A DNA stretch of 64,000 nucleotides, taken from Eimeria praecox (Eukaryota). Made by a program: the position numbers and the translations under genes. The notes beneath the pieces were generated by a model. The model searched no databases and was not told the origin of the DNA. It saw only the letters and a list, made by a program, of their open reading frames with translations. This document shows positions 1 to 14,957 of the stretch, piece after piece. Positions within the stretch are counted from its first letter, which is position 1. Each line of letters opens with the position of its first letter. The stretch is from the NCBI GenBank assembly GCA_963920595.1, contig OY986947.1:5952001-6016000 (forward strand), read 5' to 3'.

Positions 1-3000
1 CAACACACAACACCCATCACACCATCCTCATGACGTGCCTTTTGAAGACCTTAAGAATGCAATGCAGATGATTCGTATCATCTGAATAAATTTATGCTTG
101 CTGGGATGCAATCCATTTCCCCAAAGCCGCATATAATACCCCTCGATTCTCAATGTCTCATTGAAACCATGGAAATTCAAATATTTAAATCTAACCACCC
201 CATCTGCACATACATGTCATCATGACGTGCCTTTTGAAGACCTTAAGAATGCTCTATACAAATATTCATATCATCTCAGTAAAACGGACAACACACAACA
301 CCCATCACACCATCCTCATGACGTGCCTTTTGAAGACCTTAAGAATGCAATGCAGATGATTCGTATCATCTGAATAAATTTATGCTTGCTGGGATGCAAT
401 CCATTTCCCCAAAGCCGCATATAATACCCCTCGATTCTCAATGTCTCATTGAAACCATGGAAATTCAAATATTTAAATCTAACCACCCCATCTGCACATA
501 CATGTCATCATGACGTGCCTTTTGAAGACCTTAAGAATGCTCTATACAAATATTCATATCATCTCAGTAAAACGGACAACACACAACACCCATCACACCA
601 TCCTCATGACGTGCCTTTTGAATGCTCTATACAAATATTCATATCATCTCAGTAAAACGGACAACACACAACACCCATCACACCATCCTCATGACGTGCC
701 TTTTGAAGACCTTAAGAATGCAATGCAGATGATTCGTATCATCTGAATAAATTTATGCTTGCTGGGATGCAATCCATTTCCCCAAAGCCGCATATAATAC
801 CCCTCGATTCTCAATGTCTCATTGAAACCATGGAAATTCAAATATTTAAATCTAACCACCCCATCTGCACATACATGTCATCATGACGTGCCTTTTGAAG
901 ACCTTAAGAATGCTCTATACAAATATTCATATCATCTCAGTAAAACGGACAACACACAACACCCATCACACCATCCTCATGACGTGCCTTTTGAATGCTC
1001 TATACAAATATTCATATCATCTCAGTAAAACGGACAACACACAACACCCATCACACCATCCTCATGACGTGCCTTTTGAAGACCTTAAGAATGCAATGCA
1101 GATGATTCGTATCATCTGAATAAATTTATGCTTGCTGGGATGCAATCCATTTCCCCAAAGCCGCATATAATACCCCTCGATTCTCAATGTCTCATTGAAA
1201 CCATGGAAATTCAAATATTTAAATCTAACCACCCCATCTGCACATACATGTCATCATGACGTGCCTTTTGAAGACCTTAAGAATGCTCTATACAAATATT
1301 CATATCATCTCAGTAAAACGGACAACACACAACACCCATCACACCATCCTCATGACGTGCCTTTTGAATGCTCTATACAAATATTCATATCATCTCAGTA
1401 AAACGGACAACACACAACACCCATCACACCATCCTCATGACGTGCCTTTTGAAGACCTTAAGAATGCAATGCAGATGATTCGTATCATCTGAATAAATTT
1501 ATGCTTGCTGGGATACAATCCATTTCCCCAAAGCCGCATATAATACCCCTCGATTCTCAATGTCTCATTGAAACCATGGAAATTCAAATATTTAAATCTA
1601 ACCACCCCATCTGCACATACATGTCATCATGACGTGCCTTTTGAAGACCTTAAGAATGCTCTATACAAATATTCATATCATCTCAGTAAAACGGACAACA
1701 CACAACACCCATCACACCATCCTCATGACGTGCCTTTTGAAGACCTTAAGAATGCTCTATACAAATATTCATATCATCTCAGTAAAACGGACAACACACA
1801 ACACCCATCACACCATCCTCATGACGTGCCTTTTGAAGACCTTAAGAATGCAATGCAGATGATTCGTATCATCTGAATAAATTTATGCTTGCTGGGATGC
1901 AATCCATTTCCCCAAAGCCGCATATAATACCCCTCGATTCTCAATGTCTCATTGAAACCATGGAAATTCAAATATTTAAATCTAACCACCCCATCTGCAC
2001 ATACATGTCATCATGACGTGCCTTTTGAAGACCTTAAGAATGCTCTATACAAATATTCATATCATCTCAGTAAAACGGACAACACACAACACCCATCACA
2101 CCATCCTCATGACGTGCCTTTTGAAGACCTTAAGAATGCTCTATACAAATATTCATATCATCTCAGTAAAACGGACAACACACAACACCCATCACACCAT
2201 CCTCATGACGTGCCTTTTGAAGACCTTAAGAATGCAATGCACATGATTCGTATCATCTGAATAAATTTATGCTTGCTGGGATGCAATCCATTTCCCCAAA
2301 GCCGCATATAATACCCCTCGATTCTCAATGTCTCATTGAAACCATGGAAATTCAAATATTTAAATCTAACCACCCCATCTGCACATACATGTCATCATGA
2401 CGTGCCTTTTGAAGACCTTAAGAATGCTCTATACAAATATTCATATCATCTCAGTAAAACGGACAACACACAACACCCATCACACCATCCTCATGACGTG
2501 CCTTTTGAAGACCTTAAGAATGCTCTATACAAATATTCATATCATCTCAGTAAAACGGACAACACACAACACCCATCACACCATCCTCATGACGTGCCTT
2601 TTGAAGACCTTAAGAATGCAATGCAGATGATTCGTATCATCTGAATAAATTTATGCTTGCTGGGATGCAATCCATTTCCCCAAAGCCGCATATAATACCC
2701 CTCGATTCTCAATGTCTCATTGAAACCATGGAAATTCAAATATTTAAATCTAACCACCCCATCTGCACATACATGTCATCATGACGTGCCTTTTGAAGAC
2801 CTTAAGAATGCTCTATACAAATATTCATATCATCTCAGTAAAACGGACAACACACAACACCCATCACACCATCCTCATGACGTGCCTTTTGAAGACCTTA
2901 AGAATGCTCTATACAAATATTCATATCATCTCAGTAAAACGGACAACACACAACACCCATCACACCATCCTCATGACGTGCCTTTTGAAGACCTTAAGAA

Positions 3001-6000
3001 TGCAATGCAGATGATTCGTATCATCTGAATAAATTTATGCTTGCTGGGATACAATCCATTTCCCCAAAGCCGCATATAATACCCCTCGATTCTCAATGTC
3101 TCATTGAAACCATGGAAATTCAAATATTTAAATCTAACCACCCCATCTGCACATACATGTCATCATGACGTGCCTTTTGAAGACCTTAAGAATGCTCTAT
3201 ACAAATATTCATATCATCTCAGTAAAACGGACAACACACAACACCCATCACACCATCCTCATGACGTGCCTTTTGAAGACCTTAAGAATGCTCTATACAA
3301 ATATTCATATCATCTCAGTAAAACGGACAACACACAACACCCATCACACCATCCTCATGACGTGCCTTTTGAAGACCTTAAGAATGCAATGCAGATGATT
3401 CGTATCATCTGAATAAATTTATGCTTGCTGGGATGCAATCCATTTCCCCAAAGCCGCATATAATACCCCTCGATTCTCAATGTCTCATTGAAACCATGGA
3501 AATTCAAATATTTAAATCTAACCACCCCATCTGCACATACATGTCATCATGACGTGCCTTTTGAAGACCTTAAGAATGCTCTATACAAATATTCATATCA
3601 TCTCAGTAAAACGGACAACACACAACACCCATCACACCATCCTCATGACGTGCCTTTTGAAGACCTTAAGAATGCTCTATACAAATATTCATATCATCTC
3701 AGTAAAACGGACAACACACAACACCCATCACACCATCCTCATGACGTGCCTTTTGAAGACCTTAAGAATGCAATGCACATGATTCGTATCATCTGAATAA
3801 ATTTATGCTTGCTGGGATGCAATCCATTTCCCCAAAGCCGCATATAATACCCCTCGATTCTCAATGTCTCATTGAAACCATGGAAATTCAAATATTTAAA
3901 TCTAACCACCCCATCTGCACATACATGTCATCATGACGTGCCTTTTGAAGACCTTAAGAATGCTCTATACAAATATTCATATCATCTCAGTAAAACGGAC
4001 AACACACAACACCCATCACACCATCCTCATGACGTGCCTTTTGAAGACCTTAAGAATGCTCTATACAAATATTCATATCATCTCAGTAAAACGGACAACA
4101 CACAACACCCATCACACCATCCTCATGACGTGCCTTTTGAAGACCTTAAGAATGCAATGCAGATGATTCGTATCATCTGAATAAATTTATGCTTGCTGGG
4201 ATGCAATCCATTTCCCCAAAGCCGCATATAATACCCCTCGATTCTCAATGTCTCATTGAAACCATGGAAATTCAAATATTTAAATCTAACCACCCCATCT
4301 GCACATACATGTCATCATGACGTGCCTTTTGAAGACCTTAAGAATGCTCTATACAAATATTCATATCATCTCAGTAAAACGGACAACACACAACACCCAT
4401 CACACCATCCTCATGACGTGCCTTTTGAAGACCTTAAGAATGCTCTATACAAATATTCATATCATCTCAGTAAAACGGACAACACACAACACCCATCACA
4501 CCATCCTCATGACGTGCCTTTTGAAGACCTTAAGAATGCAATGCAGATGATTCGTATCATCTGAATAAATTTATGCTTGCTGGGATGCAATCCATTTCCC
4601 CAAAGCCGCATATAATACCCCTCGATTCTCAATGTCTCATTGAAACCATGGAAATTCAAATATTTAAATCTAACCACCCCATCTGCACATACATGTCATC
4701 ATGACGTGCCTTTTGAAGACCTTAAGAATGCTCTATACAAATATTCATATCATCTCAGTAAAACGGACAACACACAACACCCATCACACCATCCTCATGA
4801 CGTGCCTTTTGAAGACCTTAAGAATGCAATGCACATGATTCGTATCATCTGAATAAATTTATGCTTGCTGGGATGCAATCCATTTCCCCAAAGCCGCATA
4901 TAATACCCCTCGATTCTCAATGTCTCATTGAAACCATGGAAATTCAAATATTTAAATCTAACCACCCCATCTGCACATACATGTCATCATGACGTGCCTT
5001 TTGAAGACCTTAAGAATGCTCTATACAAATATTCATATCATCTCAGTAAAACGGACAACACACAACACCCATCACACCATCCTCATGACGTGCCTTTTGA
5101 ATGCTCTATACAAATATTCATATCATCTCAGTAAAACGGACAACACACAACACCCATCACACCATCCTCATGACGTGCCTTTTGAAGACCTTAAGAATGC
5201 AATGCAGATGATTCGTATCATCTGAATAAATTTATGCTTGCTGGGATGCAATCCATTTCCCCAAAGCCGCATATAATACCCCTCGATTCTCAATGTCTCA
5301 TTGAAACCATGGAAATTCAAATATTTAAATCTAACCACCCCATCTGCACATACATGTCATCATGACGTGCCTTTTGAAGACCTTAAGAATGCTCTATACA
5401 AATATTCATATCATCTCAGTAAAACGGACAACACACAACACCCATCACACCATCCTCATGACGTGCCTTTTGAATGCTCTATACAAATATTCATATCATC
5501 TCAGTAAAACGGACAACACACAACACCCATCACACCATCCTCATGACGTGCCTTTTGAAGACCTTAAGAATGCAATGCAGATGATTCGTATCATCTGAAT
5601 AAATTTATGCTTGCTGGGATGCAATCCATTTCCCCAAAGCCGCATATAATACCCCTCGATTCTCAATGTCTCATTGAAACCATGGAAATTCAAATATTTA
5701 AATCTAACCACCCCATCTGCACATACATGTCATCATGACGTGCCTTTTGAAGACCTTAAGAATGCTCTATACAAATATTCATATCATCTCAGTAAAACGG
5801 ACAACACACAACACCCATCACACCATCCTCATGACGTGCCTTTTGAATGCTCTATACAAATATTCATATCATCTCAGTAAAACGGACAACACACAACACC
5901 CATCACACCATCCTCATGACGTGCCTTTTGAAGACCTTAAGAATGCAATGCAGATGATTCGTATCATCTGAATAAATTTATGCTTGCTGGGATACAATCC

Positions 6001-6570
6001 ATTTCCCCAAAGCCGCATATAATACCCCTCGATTCTCAATGTCTCATTGAAACCATGGAAATTCAAATATTTAAATCTAACCACCCCATCTGCACATACA
6101 TGTCATCATGACGTGCCTTTTGAAGACCTTAAGAATGCTCTATACAAATATTCATATCATCTCAGTAAAACGGACAACACACAACACCCATCACACCATC
6201 CTCATGACGTGCCTTTTGAAGACCTTAAGAATGCTCTATACAAATATTCATATCATCTCAGTAAAACGGACAACACACAACACCCATCACACCATCCTCA
6301 TGACGTGCCTTTTGAAGACCTTAAGAATGCTCTATACAAATATTCGTATCATCTCAGTAAAACGGACAACGCACAATGCCCATCACACCATCCCACAAAG
6401 CCACACCATCATGACCAGTCGTTTGACGACCTTAATAGAATGCCATGCCAAAACTCATCAGCGCACATAACATAAACTCGGGAGGCGAATAGCTAAAGTT
6501 TTTTAACGACCTTACGAATGCCATCCCGAAGCTCATCAACTGGCATGCATACACACAACGCATGACCAGC
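1..6570 (+). repeat. IGS satellite array 1 (partial, 17 monomers of 384/373/288 bp), with a degenerate tail at about 6400-6570
   Basis: Near-identical monomers recur at 161, 449, 822, 1195, 1568, 1952 ... 6047. Core CATGACGTGCCTTTTGAAGACCTTAAGAATGC recurs at 96/96/192-bp spacing. Decayed cores (ATGACCAGTCGTTTGACGACCTTAATAGAATGC, AACGACCTTACGAATGC) end the array. Confidence 0.98.
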
Positions 6571-9500
6571 TTCTCCATGGAAGCTTCTCCTGCTGCTAGA
6601 GCTGCTGCTGCCATTGCTGTGGTTGCTAATGCCGCTATTGTAGATTTTTCTGCTATGGCTGTTGCTGTTGCTTCCTCTTCTGCTCTCGGTAATGCCATTA
6701 TGGTTAATGTTGCCTTTATTGCTGTAGCAGGTGATGGCAAAGCGGGGCAACGCTTGCCCATAATGCTAGAGGATAGAGCTGACCCCCGCAGCAACGGCCT
6801 AAATTGTCTCCGCTGAGGTCCGTCGAAGCACTGCCCATACAGACAGCCAGTTTCTCTGCTGCTGCCGAAACACAAACAGCAAAAAGACCGGCGCCAGCAG
6901 GCAGGATAGTGAGGGAGGGGGCCAATACGTACAAATTGCTTAACGTTGCTGCCGCTGTCCTTGCCGATATGCTTTTTTGTTGATGCTGCGAAGAGTGAAG
7001 ACGTGCTAAGTTTTAAGCTTCTACTAACATTGCTTGCTTTTAAACCCTTCTAGATGAAGTAGCCGAGCTAATAAACTCGCGTCCAGTTGATATGCTTATA
7101 TGTCTCATTTAATTAATTTCCCTGAGACACTGCCATATATGGCAAACTCTCCTGTGTAGCACGAGAAGCAACAAATTATATTTACTCATGCAACTGTATC
7201 AATAGCCTTAATATATGGAGGTTCACAGCACAACTACCGCGTGGGGACGATATAGTGCCCCCCCCATTCGGTGGCCGCTGCAGCCGATGCTGCTGTTGCT
7301 GCTGCCGTTCTTTAGGTTTCAGAACAGCATTATATTCCTGTTCCTGCTCTCAGCAGTAGTACCAGTTTGCAGCAAGAGCAGCAGCAGGTGCGGGCTGCGG
7401 GTCTAGCAGCAGGTGCGGGCTGCGGGTCTAGCAGCCGGCTAACGGCGTTTTCGCCACACACGACGTAATACGCCTCAGTTCTTCTTTACTCTTGCTGCTT
7501 CCGCTTTTGTCGTTGCTTTCGTCGTTGCTGTGGGGTGTCAGAGCATGAAAAAATCAACAGGTGTGGGCGCATGTGAGAAGTAAAGCGCCTGTTGTTTGCG
7601 TGCTGCCGGTGTGGCAGCAGGACCACCGGTATGCTGGTGTTCCTGTTGTGGCTGTTGCGGCCGCTGTGGGCGCTGCTGCTGTTGGTATGGCGGCTGCTGC
7701 TGCTCGAGTGGTTTCCGTTCCCCCTCTGTACTGCGTGCTGCTGGTGGCGCTGATAATGTGCTGGTGCACCGGTTGCCTCAGTAGGCCCATTCACATTCTT
7801 TCGAGCTCACAACGCTGCCAGGATATGCTCTACTTTTCCGGCCTGTCTAAAGAGACTCACAAAATAGATGCTCCTCTCTTGCCGCTCGTTTCCTCTAAGT
7901 TGCAGCTATTGTTGCAGGTATCGCTGAAATAGTCTTGAAAAGGGCTCAAATTGGGGCGTGGGAACGAATTGATGCCCCCATCTTAGTTCCCTTCCCGCAG
8001 TACGGAAAATCCGGTGGTGCTGCTGCCGCTGTTGCTCTTCCTGCTGCTGTTCTTCATGCCTATATTATTGTTGCTACTCTCAGCAGTAGTAGCAGTTCGC
8101 AGCAAGAGTAGCAGTCGTTGCGAGTTGCGGAAGTAGCAGGCAGCCAGCGACCTGTAGCTCCACACACAGCATATTACGGTTTTGTCTTGTTTTACTGTTA
8201 TTGCTATGGTAGATGAGAGGCCGCAGCAATGCAGTTAGGGCGTGAGGTGTTTCCGTTGACATCTTTGAGAGAGTAGCCTAAACCCCCTGCAAGTAGCCAA
8301 AAGGTTTTGCCTGTACAATCTAGAGATGTGCACAGGGGATACAAGCAATCAAATAACGGGTGCAATCGTTAAGGCAAGTCCACCAGTGACAGCAGCTGCA
8401 GTAGCGGTTGCAGCAGCACCACCGGTGCGAGGTGCAGCAGGAATAACAACAGGTGCGGACACCGAGTAGGGGCCGCCCGTTGACACCATTTGCTCCATAA
8501 TCTCCAGAGCTCTAGTATCCTGGAATATATTGGGTCTGCTGCTGATCCCTACAGAACAGCAGCCCCTTTGGTGAAGCAGTAGGTACTGTGCCTCCTGCTC
8601 TTGTCACTGACGTGCAAACAAAAGGGCTTTACGCTCAAAGAAATCAGCATTACTTTGCTGCTACTGCCGCCCCCTTTGTTCGTTCGCTCCCGCTGCAGGT
8701 GTTGGGACGAGTGACGGAATGCTTAAAGCTAAGCTTCGACTATCTCCTTTTGCTTTCAAAATGTGCTAGATGGAAGGGCAGAGCGGAGCAACTGCCAATT
8801 ATGACAGACCGCAGCCGTAGTCCGTTCTCTTTGACAGAAGGTGCGTGTAGATAATATGAAACGAAGCTGTGTGGTATTGGCGGCTGTTTTATTGTGTTTT
8901 CCCGTGACAGGAACAGGCAAGCTGAGCGGTGGGCGATTAAATTGTATGAGGTGCCGTTGGACAGGTTATTTGTGCATTAGGATTTTGCACAAGGGCATGC
9001 TGACGTGGCATGCGTTTGACTGGTTCGAAAGATTGCGAATACCAGGTATTCCTTGGAGCCGTTTTCCGCTTGTGGATAAGGGGAGCTGGAACTGACACCA
9101 TCGCGCACCAGCTTTGGTCCGATGCATGCTAAATCATGCAGGTTTAGATGATTCAATGCTCAGTGGGTGGTTATATCCCGAATGATGCTTTGTTGCAGCA
9201 AGAAGATTGCAAAGACCAGTTCAACTTCGCTTTAGTTTGGGAAATGACACTTGGCAAAACCCGCTCGGGAAATCCATGCACCTGCTGAACCGCTATGCAT
9301 ACTGCATGCTGATGATTGCTGTTGTTGCCTATGATTCTATTCAAAGCGCTGTCGGACCAGAAAGCGCTTCAGTGTCCAGCAGAGCAGCTGCAGCTGCCTT
9401 CACCTCCCGTTTACTTACGGTATTAAAACGCAGCTTCAACACAGCGGCACAAACGTTTGTTTCCCCCGCTTTTTTCCATAAACCTTGCTTAGAGCTGCCT

Positions 9501-12500
9501 TTGCCTACAAATACGCTGCCGCCCTGGGGTATTCAAGCAGCCTTACTAGATTAGCTCTGCCTTGCGGCAGTCTGAGTGCATTGACGACGCCAGATGGCGA
9601 GCGCTGGAGGGCGTTCATGCTTTTGTGCGCCATTGTTTATCGCTGATACCCATCTTGATACAGCATGAGCCAACGGAGTAGGTAGACAGGGATGGCAGTA
9701 CTGACTGGGAATAGGGTGAACCGTGGGAATCATGTGAAGACGTTGTTAGATAATGCATTCTGTTTGAAGCTGCTTCTTCTAGAATCGTGTGTAGTTACAT
9801 CGCTTTTGGCTAGGCGGCATCCATGTACTAACGCAGACGCGCAACAAGACGAATCGTCATTGCAAGGCAAACGTCGCTTGCTAGTATAAGTAGGAACGGA
9901 ATAAAATTAAGCATGGAAGCATACCAATCGGCTGTAAGGGTGTAATTTCACAACACATTACTACGTAGGGGGCGGGAGACTGATGGCAACTCTACGATAG
10001 TGCCACTTAGAGAGGTGGTGTTGGCACCAAGAAGGGCTAATGAGTCATCCTGTGGCATGAAAGTAAGTTGCGAAAGTTGTTGCGCTCTGCAGCAGGAGTA
10101 GCTGAAAGTGATATTACTCTAAGGAGAAGCATGCTGAAGGTGCAGTACTCATGAGCTGTTCTTCTGCAATCATCACGATACTGTAGGGAAGAATTGGCTT
10201 CCATCAGAAACAAAATGTTGTCGCTGATGGAACGCGACTCTTCGATATAATAAGGTGTTTTATTACGCCGAATGAAGGCATATTGGTAGGATTGAATAAC
10301 ATCAAGGTTCACAGTTCAGAATGAAGTAAACTGATGGCCTATCTACAGTGCTGCGAAGGGAGAAGAATGCAGATTTATCAGCAACACATGACAATGGTGA
10401 TGGTAGGTAAATGAAACCGGATAATAACAGAAGCTCATCTGTTATTGCACTAGCTGCATAGTGCCCTAAACGCACGTGCTACTGCACTAATTGGAGGCTA
10501 TGCACAAGCAACAGCACCTGCAGTTTGGATTACCGCGTAAGCGCAACTCTAGGTGCAAAGAACAACACCAACGCTTAGCGCACCGATAGAACATACCGTT
10601 CCTTTCCGCTTCACCTAAACAGCAAGGACAGCGCACATGGCCTGCCTCGGCACGTGTCTGACGAGTACCAGCCAGCAATGAAGGAACACGTCATACATGA
10701 GTTGGGATAGAAACGACTATAAAAGCAAAAAACTTATTTGTGTTTTTGAAGATGCCATTGTTTCTTGCTCCTTAACAGCTTCAGGATTTGCTTCGGCTGG
10801 ATTAGCGCCACCTTTCGTTGTCCAAATTTTGCACATGAAGGCGGTGGCTCTGCGACAGCTGTTTCAGCGGATCCTGTGTTTGTTCTTTCTTTTAGTGTAG
10901 CATGCATGCCTCATGCACCGGATATGCATCAATATGCTCTATCTTCCGCCTGATATTTCCCTCCCTTTATGGAAGCTTCCGGAACCGAAGCCAACATGGT
11001 GTGAACGAAAGCAATTATTTTCATTCTAGGCATTCCTTCTTCCTGTAGTTGTTTAGGCTAATCGTTGCACGCTGCTACCCCAGCAGTAAAAAGATCCGGC
11101 AAACCCGCGGTTATATCACCAACAATTATCATGGTATGCGAAAATCACTATAGTGATGACATCAGGTTTGGCATGTATAAGCATAAGGATAGGGAAGGCT
11201 GCCTGCTTCTGGTGATGCGATTGCCCATCGCTTTATGTGCCACAAGGTTATCCTCTCGTTTGCGCTACTAGCAAGTTTGATGGAACACAACACAAAGTGT
11301 CTTTCCACGAGTTAGGCATGACTTCTAAAATCCAACTCGTCAGGCGCTACAGTAACACAAAGTCCCAGCTCCCAACTTCGGGAGTTACTACGTGTGTGGC
11401 TTGCCTATAAACTACAAATCCCTAAGCTTGCGTCTATTTCAGTTGTATTTTCCCTGGCAGGGTGTTCTACCATTTTGGCAAGCAATTCATATAGCAATCC
11501 TATTTTGCTGACCATCAAATATTGCATCCCGAATTCTATCCTGTTCAATAACAATGTTTAATAACAAAGTTTAATAATATTCTAATATGCACGCCCATCA
11601 GAGCAGGTCGAGCAGAAGTGAAAGCTTTGCAATGAAAACACAACAGCTTTCACAATGAAATCATAGCTGCAGCCTAAACTAGAAAAGAGTCACAGTATCC
11701 TCCCGTGTATCTATCAATGGATGGTTGAATTCTTCTTTCTTTGCGCAATATAATGTGCTGAGCTTCTTGATGGTCAACTCAGGCTCAAGTAGACTCAATA
11801 GAAACCGGAACAAGATGCATTTCCCGTCAATAATTAGCACACAAAAGCAATGCGGTACGATGAGCAATAATGCCCGCCGTAACCCTCATTCAACCTATGC
11901 CTCATGATATGTAGAGACATGCATTCTGCATTCAGCTATTGCACATGTGTCTCTTTTGTCTTTATCCATACACAACTGCATTGAGCTCCGAGGAGAAAAA
12001 ACGTCGGTTTAATACAAAACTGGTAAATGATAAGGGATGTTTCCGCATGAAACTGATGCTCCTATAGCCATATGAAGGACAGCTTCTGAATAACTGATAG
12101 CAAGCATTACTTGCCTGCCAAGTCCCAATGTACTTTCAACTATTAAGCTTGAAACTGTGCTGTTACCCACAGCGTGTTTTTTATGTTGTGCCTGCTCCGG
12201 TCAACCGTAGACTGCACGCCTTAACTAAACCCAAGCCACTCCAAGATGCGGTAGAAGCACGAGGTTCATCATTTTGTACAAATTGCCAAGGTACATTGAT
12301 CACGTATTATGCTAATGGTTTCCTACTCCACCTACCTGCGCACCAACTGAAACCACCACCGTCAATGCTTTACTGGAACAAAAATAAGAAGACACCAGAA
12401 ACTGTGTTCAAGCCAGCCTTGCACAAACGACGAAAAGCGCTCCAAATCAAAGGAAACAACAAAAACATATGGAAACCCTCGTATCATTCTCATATAATGT

Positions 12501-12920
12501 CATGAGGGTTCATGCGGAGCATAGGTCCTTACAAAATATGTTGTAAGGGTCCAGTTCGTCCCTTTTGGTTTGCATTTATGCCTAGCAATTGGCGGTTTGC
12601 CAACACTGCCAGAGTGCATCAAATGCCAGGTACATTGCATATACGAGCATCCCTCCCATACAATTTGTGTAATATAGCCGTACACCAAAGCCCTAATCAG
12701 GATTTGCCTGGTGCATTGCGACTGTGCCTTCATCTTACTAGAGCTCCATCGGGTGCACACCTTCAACAAAGTGTTATCGTGTAGACGCAAAGCACAAATG
12801 ATCCAGATAGAAAGATTCAAATTACTGCAGTGTTAACATGTTCATGCCTGTAAGTCTTGTAGCCACATTTACGTACCGTACAGTCAGTGGAAGGATGGAT
12901 GCGATCGCCATCAACCGCAG
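6571..12920. other. Non-repetitive part of the rDNA intergenic spacer, with CAG/TGC-rich low-complexity patches
   Basis: Repeated almost identically at +27889 (truncated by the gap) and at +41900. No long ORF. GCT/GCA-rich tracts at about 6590-8450. Confidence 0.9.
7381..7430 (+). repeat. Two-copy 25-bp tandem repeat GCAGCAGGTGCGGGCTGCGGGTCTA
   Basis: Exact direct duplication at 7381-7405 and 7406-7430. Also present in the other two IGS copies. Confidence 0.9.
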
Positions 12921-14320
12921 CCTGTGGGGGCGCGCGCGCGCGTGTGCAGGGGGGGTGAGAGAGGGTGGTCTGGAACAGGCAGCAGTAGATATATTTTTCA
13001 GCGAATGCTGCATTTTCCTTTTAATTGGATTTCTTCAATGAGGTTTGTTTATACTTTTCCTTTTGGTTTTTGAGGCAGCAATGAGGAACATGGTCCGTGT
13101 GAATTGTATTCTTTCTTTTACAGCAGCAGGCGTCTCAACCGCTGGAGTTTGCTTTTCTTGAGGTGGTTAGGTCTCTACTGTGCTTTTTTCTAGTTTTATT
13201 AAGGCGGGCTCCTCCATATAGAATTTTATTTGCAGCATCAATCAGTATATGCTCGGTAATTTAGTTCAATCCGATGTGCAAGTTATTAAGGGGGTTGTCT
13301 CGACTTTGCGATGACCTTGATTCTGCACCACTTTCTCAACATGATGAGGACCAAGCAATGCAGGATGTTCAGCAAGCTGTCCTAGAGTTTTCTGTGGATT
13401 TTCTTGATGCCATTTTTTCTTCTTGAATTATGCTTGTATATGTTGGTAAAGATGCTGCTCTGGAGTTTTCTTGGCTCGCTGGAGAAGACAGGGATAGGGA
13501 GGGATTTGTGTTGTGTGGCACACGAAGGGATACATGAGCTGGTTAGCTTTCAGTGAGTCTTAAGTATATTTGGGAGGTGAGAAGAATTCAGAGGGTATGC
13601 AAAAGTTCGCTTTAAGGAGCAGAAACTACAAGACGCTTTTGGCTGATGGGAGGTAGTGGTAGACTGGTGAATTGCGTCGCAAAAGCGTTCATGTATCTTT
13701 GACAAAAGTTTTTGTTGGTGTGTTTGGATGGAAATAGAATTAGATTCGTGTGAGGAGCCTACGCGGGAAAGGTCGCCATTCATGTGTGAGCGTATGTTGA
13801 GGGGAGATTGCGCTGCTTCTGCAACAGCTGTGAATGGCAACAGGATAATACACTCTGAATGTGTGTAATGTCCTGGTTTTGCTGTTCTCCCATTTTGGGT
13901 GGTTGTCGAAGAAAGGATGGCCAAGCTGTTTGTAGTGGTAGTGTGTAGAGAAAGGAAGCTTATATTTTTCTTGGGCAGGATGAAGACAGATGATCTCATT
14001 GCCATGGATGCTTCACCTGTGCGTCAGAGAAGCTAGATGGTTGTGGGGTTCGTTTGAAAGAACATCATTTTGAGATGTTTAGGATGTGGGGGGATTTCAT
14101 TTGCTTTTTGAGCATTTGATTTGTTGATACCCCGAATGAAGCTGCATTTTGGGAGCGGAGTTGTTGGTGTTGTATTGGTGTGTCCTGCAAAGAAATTTGT
14201 GGGAAGAAAAATAGAGCGTTATGGATTTGTCCTTCCAGCGCTTCCAATTTTTGGTTTGGCTTTTGTTTTGTTTCTTGGGGTGGGACGATATTGCGTATAG
14301 AAGTGCATTGTGGCTATATA

Positions 14321-14359
<39 letters not shown>

Positions 14360-14957
14360 TCAGATTGTCTTTTTATACGTATATATTATTCAATCCTTTT
14401 GCAAACGGACAGAGGCGAGATCAAGTGGAGGAGATGCTGATGCGGGGGGGGCAATTCGGGCGCTTGGAAAGCATGGTTCGTTGCCAAGGATTCTTGTGTA
14501 TCTTTTTTGTTTGTGATGGCAATTGATTAGAAGCGTTATATACATACGCTTTAAGAAGATTGCTTTATGCAGCAGGCAAGGAAGATTATTCCAAGTTTCC
14601 AGGGTAATATGACGAACTATGATGATATTTGTGGCGGTGGGGGGTGCTTTTGGATTTGTTTGGGACATTCTTATTAGACCTTGGACTCTTTAAGAGGGTT
14701 TGGAATGATAAGAATGTTTCTGAAGCCACTAAAGTGTTATTATCTTTACTACAAAGTGGATTGTGGGGGGCGAGTGTGTCTTCTTTTATCTGTTTTGTGG
14801 AAATGATAAGATAATGACCTGTGGTGATAAGTTATTATTCTTTTCTCCATGGCGTTTTACGCATTTTGTTCCTCCTCGTTTGTTTATTTCAGATGAACAA
14901 TACGAGATGGAATGATTTGTGTGTTTTATGGCCATGGTGGAGGAGGATGACGATAGC
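12921..14957 (+). promoter_or_regulatory. Candidate Pol I promoter region and 5' external transcribed spacer
   Basis: A GC/G-run block (GGGGGCGCGCGCGCGCGTGTGCAGGGGGGG) marks an abrupt switch from C/A-rich to G/T-rich + strand composition, which persists up to the 18S start. The start site is inferred only. Confidence 0.45.
14316..14357. repeat. (TA)n microsatellite in the 5'ETS region
   Basis: TATATA run interrupted by one G. Its length differs from the copy at about 56216-56250. Confidence 0.9.

Noticed and set aside
6432..8460. Ala-rich ORFs in the IGS
   Set aside because: They are short, occur on both strands and are explained by CAG/TGC low-complexity sequence. An old diverged duplication (about 7255-7385 versus 7975-8115) adds no coding evidence.
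6571..14957. 5S rRNA or tRNA within the IGS
   Set aside because: I found no recognisable 5S or tRNA motifs by eye. An Infernal/tRNAscan run would be needed to exclude them.
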